Positions 58,085-64,000 of a DNA stretch of 64,000 bases are shown here, in pieces. The notes beneath the pieces were generated by a model, which was not told the DNA's origin, ran no database searches, and saw only the letters and a program-made list of their open reading frames with translations. The position numbers and the translations under genes are program-made. The stretch spans positions 32,001-96,000 of the forward strand of contig JBHLNF010000011.1 of assembly GCA_048937405.1 (NCBI GenBank), given 5' to 3'. Position 1 is the first letter of the stretch. Each line of letters starts with the position of its first letter. The DNA comes from Promethearchaeota archaeon. Its GTDB lineage: Archaea > Asgardarchaeota > Lokiarchaeia > Sigyniarchaeales > SOKP01.

Positions 58085-60450
58085 TGTTGCTTACCCCCAT
58101 AAAATTGTGTCATAGCTTTCTTTTGTTGTATAAATCCCATAAAAAGACCTGAAAGTTGAGTAAGAAACAATCCTTCTCCTCCGATTTTTGCCGATTGTAA
58201 GTTATTACATATTCCAGTTAATGATGGTTTGTTCTGTTCAAAAAATTCTTTCATTTCAGGCATATGAATGATGCGATCAAGTTCGGCTTTAAAGGTTCCA
58301 AAACCAGCAGGATCACTAACGGCTACAGCTTCTTCTTTTTTTAAGATTATAGATTTATCTTTAAAAATATTATGAGAACGTTTTAATTGTTGAATATAAC
58401 TATAGACATTTTCACAAAAACCATCAAAATCATCTGGAGTAAATTCGTGGCCTAACTCACGACTAAGATCTACAGTGGCTAGGTCACCCCAACCAACATC
58501 TAGACCTTTCAAAGGGATTACTTCAATACCTTGACTTTTAGCACTTTTTAAAATTTGAACCATATCTGGAGAATTAATAGAACCTGCAGTAGCAAGAAAT
58601 AGAACTAAATCAGTAGCATTAAGGTTAGCTTCTATAGGAGGAAAAGTAGCAAATATTTCGCTTTTTTCTTCCAAGAATGCTGTTAAATCCGATATACGAT
58701 GAGCTTCCGCATCTTTTTCTTTATAAATTAACATAACTGCAATACTTGCACGTTGACGACAATATTCCAGAATCGCACTGGTGTCTCTTTGAGAAATCTC
58801 TTGTTCTTCCTCTGAAAATTGATTTTCTTTCACGTCTAACTCATTCAGAGATTCCATTGTATATATAAAATAAGGAAGATTTTTAAGTTGATTATTGGAG
58901 ATACTTAGAACTGTTAATGGAAGTTTTGTAATTACTTCTGGTATTTCTATCAACTGGTTTTCATTTAGATATAATCTTTCTAATGATCCCAAATTTGCTA
59001 TTGAAGGGGGAATTTCTGTTATTTTATTACCTCCTATATAAAGCATATTTACTGATTTAAGCTGGTCTATGCAATCTGGAACTTTTTCAATGAGATTGTA
59101 TGAAAGATCTAATTGAAAGACTTTTTTTAATCGACAAATAGAAGGAGGAATCTTTGAGATTCTATTTGATCTTAAGCTCAAAAAGCTCAAATCAACTAAG
59201 TCACCAATGGATTCAGGAATCTCAGTTATTCGATTTGTGTCTAAGAAAAGTTCTTTAAGAGATTTCAATTGACCAATGTTACTTGGCAAAGATTTTAATC
59301 CATTTTCCTTACAATTAAAGATTTTTAGTTTTTTCAAATTACAAAAAGAACTAGGAAGTTCCAAGATCCCATTATATATAGCTTTATCGTCATTTGTTGA
59401 CCAAGAACCCTCTAAATCCAATTCTTCTAATTCTGTCAGATTCCCAAAACTTTCAGGTAAAGCATCAAGCTTGTTCCATTTAAGTTTTAAGATTCTTAAT
59501 TTTGTTAAATTTCCTATCGATTCAGGTAAAATATCCAATTCTTTCATTACCAAATTTAGACCAATTATATGTTGATTATCACATACAAAACCGAAATGAT
59601 CTACTTTTACAGGTCTTTCAGACACTTCAATCCCATATTGTTTACCAATATCTTCCATACTTGGTTGAGAGGGCTGGGTTTTTACACCATATTGTGCAAG
59701 CATATTTTGTATTTTTTGATATACCGACTGTGCATACTGTTTGGCTGATTGAATTGCCATTTCCTCACTCATTCCTAATAATGGGGTTAATAAAACAAGA
59801 TTAGGGTCATTTGCACCTAATTGTTGTATTCCCACATCAATTGTGACTTTTAATTGAGCTTGGTATTCTGGTGTAATCATTGAATTATAATATTTAATAC
59901 TTTCTTTTTCCAATTCTTCAAGTGATATTTGAGAGTATATTACCTCATTTATTCTTTGGGTAGCTTCTTTATTAATAGCCTGAAGTTTAAAATTTTGTTG
60001 CATAAACTTAGCCATTGTTTTTGCTTTTTGTTTTGCTTTAGCTTCATCCAATTCTAACATAGATTTCATTTGCTGGATAGAAGGATGGCTTTCTCCTAAC
60101 ATAGGAATAAGAGAATTAAGTTGTGCTTTAATATTTGATTTCATAGCTGGATTTATTTGAGCTAGGTATTGATTTTCATAAGTTTTTTCTAACTCTTCTA
60201 ATGAAAGTTGTGCTAATCTTTCTTGTTCGGTTACTTGAGCTTTAAAAGCTTGAACTTGGGTGCTTAGAATTGTTTTGGCATCCATCTGTGGTGTTTGACG
60301 GCTTTCAGCTAATCTGAGTCTGGTTTCATCTCTCTTCTCAAGACAAGGAATTGCTTCTGCTATTAATTTTTCTACCTGTTCAAGAAATTCAACTTCTGAA
60401 GATATTAAGGAAACACCCTGATATTCTTTCAATTCTTCAATAATAATCAC
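58081..60450 (-). CDS. LRR plus degenerate TIR protein with N-terminal Gln/Met-rich duplicated insert
   Basis: About 11 LRRs; C-terminal region aligns with the downstream TIR (TDLVLFLAT..SINSPDMVQIL..EVIPLKG.DV.W.D) but has Ile at the Glu site; 4-nt ATGA overlap with the partner. Confidence 0.82.
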   Translation of the reverse strand: MIIIEELKEYQGVSLISSEVEFLEQVEKLIAEAIPCLEKRDETRLRLAESRQTPQMDAKTILSTQVQAFKAQVTEQERLAQLSLEELEKTYENQYLAQINPAMKSNIKAQLNSLIPMLGESHPSIQQMKSMLELDEAKAKQKAKTMAKFMQQNFKLQAINKEATQRINEVIYSQISLEELEKESIKYYNSMITPEYQAQLKVTIDVGIQQLGANDPNLVLLTPLLGMSEEMAIQSAKQYAQSVYQKIQNMLAQYGVKTQPSQPSMEDIGKQYGIEVSERPVKVDHFGFVCDNQHIIGLNLVMKELDILPESIGNLTKLRILKLKWNKLDALPESFGNLTELEELDLEGSWSTNDDKAIYNGILELPSSFCNLKKLKIFNCKENGLKSLPSNIGQLKSLKELFLDTNRITEIPESIGDLVDLSFLSLRSNRISKIPPSICRLKKVFQLDLSYNLIEKVPDCIDQLKSVNMLYIGGNKITEIPPSIANLGSLERLYLNENQLIEIPEVITKLPLTVLSISNNQLKNLPYFIYTMESLNELDVKENQFSEEEQEISQRDTSAILEYCRQRASIAVMLIYKEKDAEAHRISDLTAFLEEKSEIFATFPPIEANLNATDLVLFLATAGSINSPDMVQILKSAKSQGIEVIPLKGLDVGWGDLATVDLSRELGHEFTPDDFDGFCENVYSYIQQLKRSHNIFKDKSIILKKEEAVAVSDPAGFGTFKAELDRIIHMPEMKEFFEQNKPSLTGICNNLQSAKIGGEGLFLTQLSGLFMGFIQQKKAMTQFYGGKQQ

Positions 60451-60586
60451 CTAATACAAATGATTATTGGAATTTTGATTTTATTTTTCAATTAGTATTA
60501 TTAATGAAGCTTAAGAATTTTTATATGTTTGCATTCACTATAATAAAAAATCTAATGAAAATAATTCAATATATATCTTTTCAAAA

Positions 60587-63046
60587 GTGATTAAGATGGA
60601 AAAACCATCTGTCGAAAGTAAGAAATCTAATATAAATATTGATGAACGAACTACTACTGAAGCTAAAATTTCAAAAAAAGTAATTGAAACTGTACTATCG
60701 TATCATAGCCTTGAAGTAAGAGATATTGAGATTAGTCCTGATGGAAATTTCTTAATCTCCTGCTCTGAATATGAAGAAAATGAAAATCCTTACTTAATTG
60801 TTTGGAATATTGGCCAACTTTTAGAAGGAGATACTACACCTGAAGTTAAACTTCAAGCAGAGAATAAAGTGAATAAATACACTAAAATTACAAATTGGCT
60901 TTTATGCGCTGATTCTACGGTTGTTGAAATTGAAGGCATAAAATGGTGGGTAATATGCTCTGGAAGTATTGGTGGAGATATCTATATATGGTCTTTTAGA
61001 CTTACTCCCGATTTAAGAAAATGGGATTTTAAGAATTATAAAACGGTTATCCTATCTGGAGGGAATGGAAATGATGAAAAATATCCAAAAGCTATATTTG
61101 ATATCAAGATTCAAAAAGAAAAAAGTCAAGACAATATGCTCCACATTTATTTTGTACTAAATAATATACATACATCAATATGGAAAGAAAAAACTAATGA
61201 TAACACCCTTAATAAAGTGGATATTACTCTTGATAGCTCTGGAATAATTTCAAGAATAGATAACATTAAAGTAATTGGTAGAAATGATGTTTGGATAACT
61301 AAATTAATGATTAAAAGAGATTTAGAAGAAGAAATATTATTTACTGGTTCTAAAGATGGTAAAGTAAATCTATGGAATATTGGGATCGAAAAAGATCCAA
61401 TGTTGATAGGTGAACATGATGGTGCAATAACAGATATCAGTATAATCCAAAATGGTAAAATGATTGCTTCATCATCTACAGATACAAAAATAACCATATG
61501 GGAACAAGAGTATGCAAATAAATATCGTAAAAAAATAGATCTACTTGGACATACTGAAGCTGTTTTATCACTTGATGTTCAAACTGATAACAATTTTATG
61601 GTTTCGGCTTCTAAAGATAACACCATTAAAATTTGGGATTTAAACAATTTTAGGTGGATAAGAAGTATAGATATACATCATTATTTAGAGGACTATGAAA
61701 AAATTAAAGGGAGTGTTAGGCAAAATGTTATAATAAAGGGATTAGACTTTGTAAGAAATATCAAAATAACTCCTGAAAATCGTTATATCTTTGTCACCAA
61801 GTATAACAGAATTATTATTCTACGTAATTTTGGTAGTGTATGGCATTTTATTCAGCAATTAAAATTCATTAAAAAAAACGATCCTGAATTATATCGAAAG
61901 ATTTATGGAAATAATTTAAAGCAAATAGCTAAACACAGCCCAGAAAATGAAGAATCTCTCGGTAATTTATACAATATACTGAAAAAACGCTTAATAAAAA
62001 GCAGGAAAATGGAGTTAGAAGGGAAAACTGAACAAAAAATAGAATATAATATGCGTGAACTTGGTACTCTTTTTATACCTTTTTTTATGAAATTTGAATC
62101 AAAATTAAAATCCCAAAAGCAATTTATCTTAGGAACAAAACAAAATTACGAAGCATATTGGCATAGTGTAAGAAATTCTATATTTAAACACCCAGATATC
62201 CCTTGGGGATTTAAATTATATATTACAACTTCAGAGATGGATGAAAGGATTGAAGATTCCAATTTTGTTGAAATCACAGCTCGAACTGGAGAAATACCAT
62301 ATATCATTCTTGATGATCGTTCTCAGACACAAATCCGGTTTTTAATGGTATTAAATAATGTTCAAACCAATTTTATTCCTCTGTTAAACAATATTTCTAT
62401 AGATATCGAAGATGATCGTGGAGATAAAGATACTTTAGTTTTTTCTGATTTCACTTATTCTAAAAATTTCCTACGAATTTTAACAAATCCAACACGATCT
62501 TTAGATAAGGTCAAAAAGATCAATGAACCGGATTATATTTATTATGCTGATTGCACTTTTCAGATTGATGAAGGCTATTGCACTGATAATTTTGCAAATA
62601 TTTTTATAAGGAAAATAACAGTAGAATATACCGAGACTTTAGAACCATCAGAATCAATAACAAGTGATGAAGAAGATTTTAAAATCTTTGAAGCTTTTAG
62701 AAAAAATTTTATTTATCCATTAACTCCGAAAACTAAGATCCAAATAGGTAAAGGTTTAAAATCAAAACTGGGAAAAATGATTGATGAATACTTTACTAAA
62801 ATAATCATTATAGAATTTATATTGAGTTTATGGGGTATAATTGAAAGTGGATTAGCCCGCACAGAACTTAGTCAGAATTTACTTGAAAGGATTTCAGCAA
62901 TCGTGGATGTAGCATCTATTCTTATTATTGCTATCATTTTCATAATGATATTTGTTCAATCACGCGGTGGAAAAAAAAGAGAGATTGATATAGAAGAATT
63001 AGATCAAAAAATGAGAAAAAGGAGGAGAAGAAAATTTGGAAAATAA
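60587..63046 (+). CDS. WD40-repeat protein with two C-terminal TM helices and a basic tail (ATG 60596 likely)
   Basis: GH/xH...SxSxDxxIxIW repeats (GHTEAVLSLDV..VSASKDNTIKIWD); hydrophobic IIIIEFILSLWGII and ILIIAIIFIMIFV; KRRRRK end. Confidence 0.8.
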   Translation: MIKMEKPSVESKKSNINIDERTTTEAKISKKVIETVLSYHSLEVRDIEISPDGNFLISCSEYEENENPYLIVWNIGQLLEGDTTPEVKLQAENKVNKYTKITNWLLCADSTVVEIEGIKWWVICSGSIGGDIYIWSFRLTPDLRKWDFKNYKTVILSGGNGNDEKYPKAIFDIKIQKEKSQDNMLHIYFVLNNIHTSIWKEKTNDNTLNKVDITLDSSGIISRIDNIKVIGRNDVWITKLMIKRDLEEEILFTGSKDGKVNLWNIGIEKDPMLIGEHDGAITDISIIQNGKMIASSSTDTKITIWEQEYANKYRKKIDLLGHTEAVLSLDVQTDNNFMVSASKDNTIKIWDLNNFRWIRSIDIHHYLEDYEKIKGSVRQNVIIKGLDFVRNIKITPENRYIFVTKYNRIIILRNFGSVWHFIQQLKFIKKNDPELYRKIYGNNLKQIAKHSPENEESLGNLYNILKKRLIKSRKMELEGKTEQKIEYNMRELGTLFIPFFMKFESKLKSQKQFILGTKQNYEAYWHSVRNSIFKHPDIPWGFKLYITTSEMDERIEDSNFVEITARTGEIPYIILDDRSQTQIRFLMVLNNVQTNFIPLLNNISIDIEDDRGDKDTLVFSDFTYSKNFLRILTNPTRSLDKVKKINEPDYIYYADCTFQIDEGYCTDNFANIFIRKITVEYTETLEPSESITSDEEDFKIFEAFRKNFIYPLTPKTKIQIGKGLKSKLGKMIDEYFTKIIIIEFILSLWGIIESGLARTELSQNLLERISAIVDVASILIIAIIFIMIFVQSRGGKKREIDIEELDQKMRKRRRRKFGK

Positions 63047-63902
63047 AAAATTAAATATTATTATAACCAGTTCGGTTCAAAATGATTTCATTGAACCGTT
63101 AGATATTCACCCCACATCAGAAGATAGTTTAAAATTAGGTTATGGTCAAGTTTCAGATAAATGGATGGAGTACTTTTTGAATCAGAAAAGGGATACAAGT
63201 GAAGCAAATGTTGATCAATTTATTTCATGGCTAAAAAATAATTCCAGTAGTGAAGTGATTGGAGGTGCTCTATCATACCATCATATCTTAGAGCATTATA
63301 GACATAGAGTTCATATTGACTATGATGAAAGTAGAAGAATATGGGAAGGTGAAAAATTAAGCCAATTTATACGAGAATTAATGATTAAAGCATCTGACTC
63401 CAATTCAAATGAGATGAGAGGAATAGAATATCAATGCATTCATCTAAGGGATTGGCATGACCAAACAGACGAATCTCAAAAGGGTGAGATGGATCTTTTT
63501 GGACCTCACTGTATTAAAGGTACATATGGAGCGAAATTTATTTCACCCTTAGATGAGTTAATACAAAAACATCATGAATTTAACGTTATTTTAAATTCAA
63601 ACAGCCTTAGTTCCTTCGATGAGACAGATCTCGAACATGTACTAGATACGGTTATTAAAAATGCAGGGAGTTCCCATAAAGAAGTTAAAATTGGAGTTTT
63701 TGGGGTAATTACTAACGTAAAAGTTTTTCTTTTAACTTTTGAGCTTATGACTATCCATAAATTTAGAAATGTTTATGTCTGTGGTGATTTCTGTGCTGGT
63801 TTTAACAAACAAGGACATCAAGCAGGTATTAGCGCTATGGCTAGTATCTTAGCGGCAAATATAGTTGATCATAATAAATTTAGAGAAATCTTTAATATAT
63901 AA
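63036..63902 (+). CDS. Isochorismatase/nicotinamidase-fold protein with altered catalytic residues
   Basis: VQNDFI, RDWHD, HCIKGTYGA retained; catalytic Asp replaced (TSSVQ) and nucleophile Cys replaced by Lys (GVITNVKV); 11-nt overlap with the WD40 gene. Confidence 0.75.
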   Translation: MENKKLNIIITSSVQNDFIEPLDIHPTSEDSLKLGYGQVSDKWMEYFLNQKRDTSEANVDQFISWLKNNSSSEVIGGALSYHHILEHYRHRVHIDYDESRRIWEGEKLSQFIRELMIKASDSNSNEMRGIEYQCIHLRDWHDQTDESQKGEMDLFGPHCIKGTYGAKFISPLDELIQKHHEFNVILNSNSLSSFDETDLEHVLDTVIKNAGSSHKEVKIGVFGVITNVKVFLLTFELMTIHKFRNVYVCGDFCAGFNKQGHQAGISAMASILAANIVDHNKFREIFNI

Positions 63903-64000
63903 GAAATTCATTTTTTTTAATTTTTTTTTTATATAAGAACTTATTTTGATTAAAAGCTTTATTCATAATAGTAGCAAAATAAATTTTTTAATGTTTATAT

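Noticed and set aside
56400-59560. 69-nt periodicity suggesting a DNA repeat array or CRISPR
   Set aside because: It reflects degenerate 23-aa LRR coding; no identical repeats with spacers and no cas genes in the window
55682-60450. Calling the LRR-TIR genes true TLR orthologues, NLRs or Roco proteins
   Set aside because: No signal peptide or TM segment, and no NB-ARC/NACHT or Roc-COR P-loop; shared architecture does not show orthology
2176-61497. Many short track ORFs antisense to or overlapping confident genes (e.g. 2176-2385, 3727-4260, 4288-4569, 5401-5808, 19783-20166, 44033-44416, 52811-53029, 54785-55012, 56613-56993, 59276-59804, 61147-61497)
   Set aside because: Shadow frames of well-supported genes; Phe/Ser/Ile/Leu-biased with no motifs

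Overview
Very AT-rich archaeal chromosomal DNA, most likely from a Lokiarchaeia (Asgard) genome. This assignment is inferred from an EF-2 paralogue lacking the diphthamide loop, gelsolin, longin/uDENN and roadblock domains, an INO1 + ITPK1-like cluster, proteasome beta, Sm-L37e and an intron-containing tRNA. I found no mobile element or CRISPR array. Highlights: (1) a chemosensory cluster (cheW-cheY-cheA, CheW-CheC-CheC fusion, two cheB, cheD, cheC) with no MCP, CheR, CheF or archaellum gene in the window, interleaved with longin, gelsolin and roadblock genes, a candidate chemosensory-to-cytoskeleton/small-GTPase link; (2) a translationally coupled pair of soluble LRR-TIR proteins, one with the catalytic Glu and one without it but carrying an inserted repeat domain, flanked by a duplicated nicotinamidase and a WD40-2TM plus altered-isochorismatase pair, a candidate NAD+-based immune/signalling module; (3) an inositol-phosphate cluster with a Lys-tailed HAD phosphatase; (4) an unannotated box C/D sRNA predicted to guide Cm34 of tRNA-Leu(CAA); (5) tRNA-Leu(UAA) with two non-canonical introns; (6) a ThiF/MoeB gene with no canonical start codon. 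All calls come from reading motifs by eye; no searches were run.
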